DNA from: an uncultured Bacteroidales bacterium
GTDB lineage: Bacteria > Bacteroidota > Bacteroidia > Bacteroidales > FEN-979
Direction of reading: 5' to 3'
Assembly (NCBI GenBank): GCA_903913885.1
Contig: CAIWMX010000040.1
Coordinates: 2,636-66,635 of the forward strand
DNA length: 64,000 bases
Shown here: positions 17,567 to 25,880 of the stretch, piece after piece
Position numbering within the stretch: position 1 is the first letter of the stretch
Layout: each line of letters opens with the position of its first letter
The notes under the pieces: generated by a model
What the model saw: the letters and a program-made list of their open reading frames with translations, nothing else
Told to the model about the DNA's origin: nothing
Database searches by the model: none
Program-made: the position numbers and the translations under genes

Positions 17567-20203
17567 ATGCAGACACAATTTCAATATATCACTGATCTTG
17601 CCAGGCAATACAAGGAATATTCAGACCATCAGGATATTTTGTACCAGGCCGTTAATAACTTGCCGCAAAACATCATTGAAGATGTATTTAAGGAATACGG
17701 TGATCCGGAACGGGATTTTAAACCGGTTAACCTTGTGCGGGCGGAAGTTGCCCGCAGACTATTGCAAGGTGAGCCTGTTACTGAAGCACTTGTAAATGAA
17801 ATCAAAGAAAAAATAAGGATAAAGGACACTGCTTTTTTTAGCCATTACAATGAAAATTATCTTAAACAACTTACAGAATATGAGTTGTTTAAAAGGGATT
17901 TGTTTGCCAACTGGCAAAAACCATGGAGTATATTTCATACGTTTTTCTACAGGCTTGCATGGGGAAAGGAAAAAGAAACTGTTCAAACCTACCTGGAACA
18001 AATTGCCAGGGACCTATTGGTTCAACTTGATTTAAAGGATTACACGTTTCACAAAGTTGATTTCCAGGGGGCATCTAACTTCGGTAGTAGTCATTGCTGG
18101 ATCGCGTTATATCCCGTGACAAAAGAATCACATAAAGATAGTTATCAGTTTTTCCTAATGTTAAGTGCTGACCCGGAAGCAGGCATGGTTGCTGGTTTTT
18201 CGATCCGGGAGCCAAAGCCGAATAAATTAAAGAAAGTAAATTCTTATAATGAGTCACTGGAATATTTGAAAGAGCTAAAACATGAAATTGTCCAGCTGAA
18301 TAAGGAAAGCAGGAGCTATTTCAAGTTTGCCCCAGGCAGTCAGGCAAGCGAATGGAGGAAATTTCATGAGGAAGGTATTGCGGCAATAAGTTATAACAAT
18401 GTAAATCTGCAGGATCTAACACCCTTCAAATCACGAGAAGAAATAAATATTGCAGCCGGGTTGGAACCAGACAATTGGTCCAACAATACCTGGAACCTTT
18501 GGCTTTTTAAAAATGCCAATATTGGCGATGTGATTTTTGCCACAAAGGGGGTCAATACTTCCATTGGCATTGGAATCATCGAAGGCGGATACTATTATGA
18601 CGCATCAGAGAATGATTATCAGCACCGGCGGAAGATAAACTGGATAACCGATAAAGTATACCAGTATAAATCTGACACGTTAAAGACTTACAAAACACTG
18701 TTCCGGCCAGATACATTCAGTCCAACCAAGGTATGGGAATTTTTGCTTGGAGAATATGTCCGGTTATTCCCTGAGCTGGCTGACTTGTTTGAGAAACACA
18801 ACCTGAAATTCAAAACAACCTCGGCTGTGACCTCTACTGTTAATGAACCTGAAGAGGCATCAGATCCGGAAGCGGAAGAAAAAGAACCATTAAATTTCTG
18901 GTGGCTGAATGCCAATCCGAAAATCTGGCGAATCAGCGATAATAGCGAAGGGCAATGCCAATCCTATACAACACACAATGAAAAGGGGAATAAGCGCAGA
19001 ATCTATAAACACTTTGAAGAAGCCAGGCCGGGAGACCTGATCATCGGGTATGAAAGCACACCAACCAAGCAGATCAAAGCAATTTACGAAGTTACCAAAG
19101 GGATACATTTAGCAGAAGAAGGAGAAGAGATAGAATTTCAGTTAGTTGAAAAGCTTGAAATTCCAGTTCATTGGAACGACTTGAAAAACAATCCGGCCCT
19201 TCAGGACTGCGAGGTCTTTATTAACAATCAGGGGAGTCTTTTTAAACTCACCGAGCCGGAGTTTGATATCATTCGTGAGATTATTGATAACAAGAATATC
19301 ATCACCGAAATACTGTTGCAAAAAAGCAATATCAGGCAATACCGGTTTGCTGAAGATGCGGACAAACCCTTTATCAGCGAAACTGACTTTCTCCAAACCG
19401 TTGCACTCCTCAAACGGAAAAAGAACATTATCCTTCAGGGCCCGCCGGGGGTGGGGAAGACCTTCATTGCCCGTAAAATTGCCTATGAGATAATGCAGGA
19501 GGTGAACGACGTAAACATTGAGATGGTACAGTTTCACCAATCATACAGCTACGAAGATTTTATCCAGGGATTGCGTCCCACTCAAAAAGGGGGTTTTGAG
19601 CTGAAAGACGGCATCTTTTATTCATTTTGTCAGAAAGCCCTGGCACACCCTGATCGGCCATTCTTTTTTATCATTGATGAAATAAACAGGGGTAATCTAA
19701 GTAAGATTTTTGGGGAGTTGATGATGTTGATGGAGGCTGATAAGCGGCAGGAAAAATTTGCCCTGAAACTGACCTATGCAGAGGATGAAGAGGATCGTTT
19801 TTATGTGCCGGAAAACCTTTACATCATCGGCACCATGAACACGGCCGACCGTTCCCTGGCCATTGTGGACTATGCCCTTCGGCGTCGGTTCTCCTTCGTA
19901 ACCCTTCAACCAGACTATGGGGAAAATTTTCGTTCGTTCCTTACATCCAGGGGGCTTTCTGAAGCTATGACAGAACATATTTGTGCCTCCATCAGGAACG
20001 TTAACAACAAAATAAAGGATGATCCGAATCTTGGCGATGGGTTTCAGATTGGACACAGCTATTTTTGCACCTTCAAAACCGGAGAAGATGAACGAATATG
20101 GTGGAACGAAATTCTTGGGTTTGAGCTGAAACCCCTGCTGGAGGAAATTTGGTTTGATGACGCGAAAAGCGTTGATGAGACCTTCAACTTACTCTCCAGG
20201 TAG
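17567..20203 (+). CDS. mcrB: McrB-family AAA+ GTPase restriction subunit with extended multi-domain N-terminus
   Basis: The C-terminal 270 aa carry Walker A LQGPPGVGKTF, FFFIIDEINRGNLSKIFGELMMLME and IIGTMNTADRSLAIVDYALRRRFSF. From memory these are near-identical to E. coli McrB signature blocks. An ATG at 17567 is preferred over the TTG at 17519. Confidence 0.92.
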   Translation: MQTQFQYITDLARQYKEYSDHQDILYQAVNNLPQNIIEDVFKEYGDPERDFKPVNLVRAEVARRLLQGEPVTEALVNEIKEKIRIKDTAFFSHYNENYLKQLTEYELFKRDLFANWQKPWSIFHTFFYRLAWGKEKETVQTYLEQIARDLLVQLDLKDYTFHKVDFQGASNFGSSHCWIALYPVTKESHKDSYQFFLMLSADPEAGMVAGFSIREPKPNKLKKVNSYNESLEYLKELKHEIVQLNKESRSYFKFAPGSQASEWRKFHEEGIAAISYNNVNLQDLTPFKSREEINIAAGLEPDNWSNNTWNLWLFKNANIGDVIFATKGVNTSIGIGIIEGGYYYDASENDYQHRRKINWITDKVYQYKSDTLKTYKTLFRPDTFSPTKVWEFLLGEYVRLFPELADLFEKHNLKFKTTSAVTSTVNEPEEASDPEAEEKEPLNFWWLNANPKIWRISDNSEGQCQSYTTHNEKGNKRRIYKHFEEARPGDLIIGYESTPTKQIKAIYEVTKGIHLAEEGEEIEFQLVEKLEIPVHWNDLKNNPALQDCEVFINNQGSLFKLTEPEFDIIREIIDNKNIITEILLQKSNIRQYRFAEDADKPFISETDFLQTVALLKRKKNIILQGPPGVGKTFIARKIAYEIMQEVNDVNIEMVQFHQSYSYEDFIQGLRPTQKGGFELKDGIFYSFCQKALAHPDRPFFFIIDEINRGNLSKIFGELMMLMEADKRQEKFALKLTYAEDEEDRFYVPENLYIIGTMNTADRSLAIVDYALRRRFSFVTLQPDYGENFRSFLTSRGLSEAMTEHICASIRNVNNKIKDDPNLGDGFQIGHSYFCTFKTGEDERIWWNEILGFELKPLLEEIWFDDAKSVDETFNLLSR

Positions 20204-20206
20204 ACC

Positions 20207-21238
20207 ATGCAGATCCCTATCGAAAATATCTATTACCTGCTTTGCTACGCATGGAACAAGCTCGATGAGAAGGAGCGCGTAAACGTTTCCATAGATGACA
20301 AGACCGAACTCCTTGACCTGTTTGCCAAAATCCTGATCAATGCCACACGGTCCTTGCTGAAACGAGGGATTGACAAGAACTACATCGATCATACCGAAGA
20401 ACTGGCCGGGGTAAAGGGGAAACTCCAACTCAGCCAGACCCTGAAACGCAATTTACTCTTCAAGCAACGAACCATCTGCACCTTCGACCATTTTTCATCA
20501 AACATCCTTTCCAATAGGATCCTGGTGACAACCATCTACAGGCTGACGCGTACCAAAGATCTTGATAAAAAGTTAAAGACCGACCTCGTCGCCTTGCAGA
20601 GAATGCTGTCACACATTCAGCAGATTGAATTGACCGTAAACCTTTTCAAACAAATCCGGCTCAACAGGAATAATCGGTTTTATGGCTACATCATGAATGT
20701 ATGTCAGATTATCCTCGAAAACACACTTCCTACAGAGAAACCTGGTGTTTACAAATTCTCAGATTTTACCCGCGATGACCGCAAGATGAACCAGCTCTTT
20801 GAAGCGTTTATACGAAATTTTTACCGCATTGAACAGAAGAGGTTTCCTGCCGTGAAAAAAGAGACCATCCTATGGAAATTCGAAATCGAAGATACGGTAA
20901 GTCTTCATTATCTGCCACGAATGGAAACCGATATAACTCTGGAAAATGACAAGGAAAAGATCATCATCGATGCCAAGTTCTACAGGGAAACCATGGTTTT
21001 AAATTATAATAAAGAGAAGATAAAATCGGCCAACTTATACCAGCTGTTCAGTTACTTGTTAAATCAGGAGGATGGTACATCAAAAACACAGCAGGCGACC
21101 GGTATTTTACTTTATCCAACGATTGAAAATGAATACAACTTTCAGTTTCGATTTCAGCAACATCTAATTCAAATACGGACCATTAACCTAAATTCAAATT
21201 GGAGAAATATTTCAAAAACATTGTTGCAGATAATTTAA
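20207..21238 (+). CDS. mcrC: McrC-family restriction endonuclease subunit
   Basis: Starts 3 nt after the mcrB stop. N-terminus IENIYYLLCYAWNKL, and a C-terminal PD-(D/E)xK-like TDITLE...IIIDAKFY. Confidence 0.88.
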   Translation: MQIPIENIYYLLCYAWNKLDEKERVNVSIDDKTELLDLFAKILINATRSLLKRGIDKNYIDHTEELAGVKGKLQLSQTLKRNLLFKQRTICTFDHFSSNILSNRILVTTIYRLTRTKDLDKKLKTDLVALQRMLSHIQQIELTVNLFKQIRLNRNNRFYGYIMNVCQIILENTLPTEKPGVYKFSDFTRDDRKMNQLFEAFIRNFYRIEQKRFPAVKKETILWKFEIEDTVSLHYLPRMETDITLENDKEKIIIDAKFYRETMVLNYNKEKIKSANLYQLFSYLLNQEDGTSKTQQATGILLYPTIENEYNFQFRFQQHLIQIRTINLNSNWRNISKTLLQII

Positions 21239-21798
21239 ATCGTTGATAAGCATTATAGTAAATGATATTTTGCTGTTACCAATTAACCTGAAACCGTCTC
21301 AATCAGTTAAATTTTCATTTAATAAGATTTTATATGTTATGGTATAGTTCCATTTAACCATAATGAAAAATGTTTAACGACCACTATAATCTGTTTTGAC
21401 GTGTTATGTTTTTTATGAATTTGGATATAATGAAGTTTTAATAGTTGGACGATGGCCTTATCCTTCAGAATCAATAGATGCTCTTTCTTCACCATAACTA
21501 TGATTCAGAAATTATTATATTTTTACGAAGTATTTAGTGCCATACCAGGAAGTGACTTAAATTTGATTTTTCTGAAAGAAAAAAAACTTCCACAAGAAAC
21601 TTAGGAAATCGAGGACCATAGGATAAATTCAATTACTGGATTCTGGTTTTTGAAAATTGAACTGTATAGTTAAAAGACAATAAGATCAGTTCTTAAAGGT
21701 CAAAAAATAATTGTAAAAATTCGCTCTTCTGGAGTTGGTATCCAAAAGGCAATCGATTTTTTATACAAAAAAAATCGCAACCAATTTGATAAGAAACT

Positions 21799-22572
21799 AT
21801 GAAAGATGGACAACGACTTTGGACAAGAGAAGAACTGATCCTCGCTATAAATTTGTATTGTAAACTGCCATTTGGTAAACTTCACAGAACCAATCAGGAG
21901 ATACTAAAATTATCTCAGTTAATAGGCAGGACAGCAAGTTCCGTAACATACAAATTGGTTAATTTCGCAAGTTTAGACCCGAGTTTAAAAGCTCGGGGAA
22001 TTAAAGGTGCCTCAAATGCGAGTAAATTAGATAAGGAAATTTGGCATGAGTTTTATAACAATTGGGAGATTTTGCCATATGAAAGTGAAAAACTTAAAGC
22101 CTTTAAATACCACACATCAATTGAAAAAGAGTGTTTGATTGATGAAAACGAATTACCCAGAGAAGGGAAAGAGCGTGAACAAATTGTTAAAGCCCGGGTT
22201 AATCAATATTTTTTCAGACAGAGTATTCTTGCTTCATATAATTTCACTTGCTGTATCACCGGAATCAAGCAATCTGAACTCTTAATTGCCAGCCATATCA
22301 GACCTTGGGGATTGGATGAAAAAAACCGATTGAATCCAAGAAATGGAATTGCAATCAATGCACTTCATGATAAGGCTTTTGAAAACGGACTTTTAACAAT
22401 AACACCAGATTTTCAAATTAATATTTCCTCCATTTTGCTTAAACAAAATAATAACGAGATCATAAATAACTATTTTGTCAAATACCATGGTAGTAAAATG
22501 ACATTGCCTTCCCGATTTCTACCAGATACTGAATTCTTACATTATCATAATCTGGAACGATTTAAACCATAA
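21799..22572 (+). CDS. HNH endonuclease (HNH_2-type putative restriction endonuclease)
   Basis: 257 aa. C-terminal CCITG...LIASHIRPW...NGIAINALHDKAFENGLLTI matches the HNH_2 pattern (H-N-H with upstream Cys pair). The N-terminal approx 100 aa is helical and HTH-like. Confidence 0.75.
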   Translation: MKDGQRLWTREELILAINLYCKLPFGKLHRTNQEILKLSQLIGRTASSVTYKLVNFASLDPSLKARGIKGASNASKLDKEIWHEFYNNWEILPYESEKLKAFKYHTSIEKECLIDENELPREGKEREQIVKARVNQYFFRQSILASYNFTCCITGIKQSELLIASHIRPWGLDEKNRLNPRNGIAINALHDKAFENGLLTITPDFQINISSILLKQNNNEIINNYFVKYHGSKMTLPSRFLPDTEFLHYHNLERFKP

Positions 22573-22694
22573 TTCAGTAATTAAACATAATCCTATTTAA
22601 CCACTTATTAGAACCGTTTGATTGAAATATTGTAAAAGCCGACCTTTTTATCGCCCCGTAAGCATTAATTGAAGTTATTGCTATAGAAAGTTGC

Positions 22695-22702
22695 TATTTT
22701 TG
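22695..22702 (+). promoter_or_regulatory. Bacteroidetes-type -7 box
   Basis: tatttttg lies 14 nt upstream of the ATG at 22716. Confidence 0.4.
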
Positions 22703-22715
22703 TTTGATATCAACA

Positions 22716-23618
22716 ATGGTTATGGAAGACCAAATAAGACTTGCCGCTTTTAATTGGCTTAGAAATCAATCCGAAATTTATGAAGATGTTCTTCCACGGA
22801 GAATCCTGGAGTCGGGTTTCGAATTTCAAGGGGAGCGAGTAACGTTAATTGGGGCATCTGGCATTTGGAAACCACGACAATTTAAGAGCAGACCAATTTC
22901 AATTACAACAATATTGAATGGTCCATACCCGGATAAGATGTCGGATGGCTTCCTTTCATACAAGTATCGTGGAACCGATCCTAACCATAGGGACAATGTT
23001 GGGCTGAGGTTAGCGATGGAAACAAAAACACCATTGATTTACTTCGTCAATCTTTCACCAAGCAAGTATATGGCAAATTTCCCGGCCTATATTATCAATG
23101 AAAATCGTGCATTACATGAATTTACTGTTGCGCTGGATGAAGAAAAATACATTGGGGTTCCGATTGAAACGAACCAGGTAAACGAGCCTGCGGAGTTTTA
23201 TCGAAGGAAGTATATAACCACCTTAGTTGAGCAAAGAGCCCATCAACATTCATTTCGTTTACGGGTTTTCGCTGCGTACAAGTCGCAATGTTGTCTTTGT
23301 AAACTAAATCATACAGAACTACTTGACGCAGCACATATAATCCCGGATAATGAACCTAAAGGTGACCCAATCGTTCCCAATGGATTAACCTTATGTAAAA
23401 TTCATCATTCGGCGTTTGATGTTAATATCCTTGGAATTTCACCGGATTACAATATTCATATTCGTGAAGACATTCTTCAGGAGATTGATGGCCCGATGTT
23501 GAAACATGGCATCCAGTCTCTTGATAAACATAAAATAATCTTACCTGCAAGAAAACAGGACTATCCAGATAAGGAGCGTCTTGAAATGCGATTTGATAAA
23601 TTTCGAAAGGTCGGTTAA
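22716..23618 (+). CDS. HNH endonuclease with N-terminal SRA/PUA-like putative modified-base reader
   Basis: C-terminal CCLC...LLDAAHIIP...NGLTLCKIHHSAFD (HNH_2). The N-terminal GASGIWKP..ISI..GPYPDK..DGFLSYKYRGTDPNHRDNVGLRLAMETKTPLIYF is colinear with SRA-domain landmarks (my own pattern match). ATG at 22716 is preferred over TTG at 22704. Confidence 0.7.
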   Translation: MVMEDQIRLAAFNWLRNQSEIYEDVLPRRILESGFEFQGERVTLIGASGIWKPRQFKSRPISITTILNGPYPDKMSDGFLSYKYRGTDPNHRDNVGLRLAMETKTPLIYFVNLSPSKYMANFPAYIINENRALHEFTVALDEEKYIGVPIETNQVNEPAEFYRRKYITTLVEQRAHQHSFRLRVFAAYKSQCCLCKLNHTELLDAAHIIPDNEPKGDPIVPNGLTLCKIHHSAFDVNILGISPDYNIHIREDILQEIDGPMLKHGIQSLDKHKIILPARKQDYPDKERLEMRFDKFRKVG

Positions 23619-23641
23619 TATTCAGATTCCCCCCATTTTCC

Positions 23642-23649
23642 TATTTTTG
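23642..23649 (+). promoter_or_regulatory. Bacteroidetes-type -7 box
   Basis: tatttttg lies 21 nt upstream of the ATG at 23670. Confidence 0.45.
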
Positions 23650-23669
23650 CCTCACCCAAACCCACCCCC

Positions 23670-24386
23670 ATGTCAAAACACGAGGAGAAAGAGATCACCG
23701 GCGACGAGATCAAAAAGGAGTTCCAGGTTGAACGGATGATCCTGTTCAGCGACGCGGTATTCGCCATCGTCATCACCCTGATGGCCATCGAGATCAGGCT
23801 GCCCGAAACGGGCGGCAAGGAGGGCGCGCTGCCGCTGGCGCAGGCCCTGGAGCACCTGCTGCCCGTCATCGTTTCCTACTGCATCAGCTTTGTGTTTATC
23901 GGGGCCATCTGGTACCAGCACCTGCGGATGTTCAGCCTGCTGAAGGATTACGACCGCGGGTTGATCGTGCGCAACCTGGTGCTGCTCTTCTTCGTAAGCC
24001 TCTTCCCCTTCAGCTCCTCCGTGATCACGCACGAACAGGGAGGCATGACCGCCATGTTCTTCTACCTGGGTATCATCCTGCTTTCCGTCGCCGCACAATA
24101 TTTTTTGTACCGCTACATCCTGGTGGAGCGTCCCGGGCTCCGCATCAGCACCGGGATCGCGAAACATATGCAGGAACTGCGGAAACAAAAGATATCCCTG
24201 GTCAGCTTCGCCTCCACCTACGTGCTGATCACCCTCACCTCGCTGCTGATCACCAAACCGGAACTGAAACCGATGTCCGTCATGTGGATGGCCGTGTTCC
24301 CCTTCGTATACCGCTGGATGGCCGCGAAAAAGGCAAAACATGCCAAAGCCGGTGGGCCGGAAAATGGCGGGAAGCAAGCTGAATAA
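23670..24386 (+). CDS. TMEM175/DUF1211 family potassium channel
   Basis: Signature ERMILFSDAVFAIVITLMAIEIRLP near the N-terminus, about 6 hydrophobic helices, 238 aa. Confidence 0.82.
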   Translation: MSKHEEKEITGDEIKKEFQVERMILFSDAVFAIVITLMAIEIRLPETGGKEGALPLAQALEHLLPVIVSYCISFVFIGAIWYQHLRMFSLLKDYDRGLIVRNLVLLFFVSLFPFSSSVITHEQGGMTAMFFYLGIILLSVAAQYFLYRYILVERPGLRISTGIAKHMQELRKQKISLVSFASTYVLITLTSLLITKPELKPMSVMWMAVFPFVYRWMAAKKAKHAKAGGPENGGKQAE

Positions 24387-24404
24387 AATGGCTGCCTCAA
24401 CCCC

Positions 24405-24725
24405 CGGCCCCCTCGCCAGAATACCTCACCCCCCTGACCCCCTCTCCGCCCGGAGAGGGGGAGGAAAGTTGTTGAATCATTTATCAGTTTGAAGCAAAAT
24501 ACCTGCAAACCTCACCAATCCGAGAATCCACGGCACCAACATTTGATTCCATGAAAATAAACAATTCTCCCCCTCTCCGGGCGGAGAGGGGGTCAGGGGG
24601 GTGAGGTATGCCAGAGCGAGACGCCACTCGGAGAGGGGATCAGGGGGGGGAGGTATGCCAGAGCGAGACGCCGCCCGGAGAGGGGGTCAGGGGGGTAATT
24701 TATGCCAGAGCGGAGTCAGGACGTG
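24405..24725. repeat. GC-rich hairpin repeat cluster (ccctctcc-loop-ggagaggg + tcaggggggtgagg), inverted plus tandem copies
   Basis: An inverted copy at about 24412-24465 and three forward copies with about 47-bp period at about 24568-24725 (ggtatgccagagcgagacgcc...cggagagggggtcagggggg). They flank a roughly 100-bp unique spacer. Confidence 0.85.
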
Positions 24726-24870
24726 ATGTATTCCGGCCTGGCTCCTTCAATCACAGTGATCTGTCAGATTTTTTTGCTGATTCCGAAATCCATCCCTATC
24801 TTTACCTGTAAATTCAATAACACAACCTGCACGGCGAAAGTTCGGCGTTGGTTCATAAAACAGCCTTGTT

Positions 24871-25860
24871 ATGAAAACCCGGATCCTGCTCATCTTTTGC
24901 ATCGTATCAGCCGTCACGGCCAGCCTGATTGATGGCTGCAAAAAGTCAGACACTACAACACCAACCGTTCCCAACATCGTCATGGAGACCATCCAGGTTT
25001 CGGGCGTCACCGATGTTTCGGCCACCTGCGGCGGGCTTATTGCCAGCGACGGCGGCTCTACCATCACAGCCCGGGGCGTTTGCTGGGGAACGGGAACCAC
25101 CCCGACGGTGGCCGACACCAAAACGCTGGATGGCGCCGGCGCAGGCAGTTTTATCAGCACCATGCCGGGACTTACCCCCAACACGACCTATTTCGTGCGC
25201 GCCTACGCCACCAACAGCCTGGGCACCGCCTATGGCAGCACGATGTCGTTCAAAACCAAATACGGCACCGTAACCGACTTCGACGGCAATGTGTACCACA
25301 CCATCGGGATCGGCAACCAGCTCTGGCTGGTCGAAAACCTGCTGGTAACCCATTACTGCAACGGCGACCCGGTAAACAATGTCGTCGATGATTACGAATG
25401 GAGCATCCAGACGGAAGGGGCCTGGTGCGACTACTTCAACATCGTCTCCGATTTCGGAAGGCTCTATAATTTCTATGCCGTAGCCGACGCGCGCAAACTC
25501 TGCCCCTCCGGCTGGCATGTGCCTGCAGATGCCGACTGGGCCACCCTGATGACATTCCTGGGCGGCGATGCGGTTGCCGGCGGCAAGATGAAAGACCTGT
25601 TATCCTGGGCGAGCCCGAACACCGGCGCCACGAATGAAAGCGGCTTCACGGCGCAACCGGCCGGGATGCGGTTTGACCTTTCGGGCAGCTGGACGTTTTT
25701 CGGCATGAATTACACGAATTCCCTGTGGAGCTCAAGCGCAGTAACTGCGGATACGGCCCTGGCCCGCACCCTGAACTACAACCACGCCGATGTGTTGAAA
25801 TACAGGGACGTTAAAACCGCCGGCGAGTCGGTGCGCTGCATCAAGACCCAGGCACGGTAA
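24871..25860 (+). CDS. FISUMP (Fibrobacter succinogenes major paralogous) domain lipoprotein
   Basis: Lipoprotein signal ..ASLIDGC. The C-terminal half reads TDFDGNVYHTIGIGNQLWLVENL...GRLYNF...CPSGWHVPADADW...AGGKMK...VRCIK, typical of TIGR02145-type domains. Confidence 0.85.
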   Translation: MKTRILLIFCIVSAVTASLIDGCKKSDTTTPTVPNIVMETIQVSGVTDVSATCGGLIASDGGSTITARGVCWGTGTTPTVADTKTLDGAGAGSFISTMPGLTPNTTYFVRAYATNSLGTAYGSTMSFKTKYGTVTDFDGNVYHTIGIGNQLWLVENLLVTHYCNGDPVNNVVDDYEWSIQTEGAWCDYFNIVSDFGRLYNFYAVADARKLCPSGWHVPADADWATLMTFLGGDAVAGGKMKDLLSWASPNTGATNESGFTAQPAGMRFDLSGSWTFFGMNYTNSLWSSSAVTADTALARTLNYNHADVLKYRDVKTAGESVRCIKTQAR

Positions 25861-25880
25861 AACCGGTTTTCTCAAAAGAG

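Larger units (their letters stand above)
15982..23625. other. low-GC genomic islet carrying type IV-like restriction genes (no mobility gene seen)
   Basis: Hand counts of sampled 60-nt lines give about 27-43% GC inside (one line 55%) versus about 57-67% in trxB and the TMEM175 gene. The islet is bounded by the tRNA terminator on the left and the promoter of the next core gene on the right. Confidence 0.7.

Noticed and set aside
23600-23670. Direct repeat of the tRNA-Pro 3' end (att site) at the right edge of the islet
   Set aside because: Only 6-7-nt chance matches (ggtcgg, ctcaccc) to the tRNA 3' half were found by eye. There is no integrase either, so I do not claim an integrative element. 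A proper alignment should be run.
24218-24811. ORFs 24218-24508 and 24608-24811 (..RRGDQGGEV..)
   Set aside because: They are encoded entirely by the GC-rich hairpin repeat cluster. Such repeat-derived ORFs are recurrent annotation artefacts.
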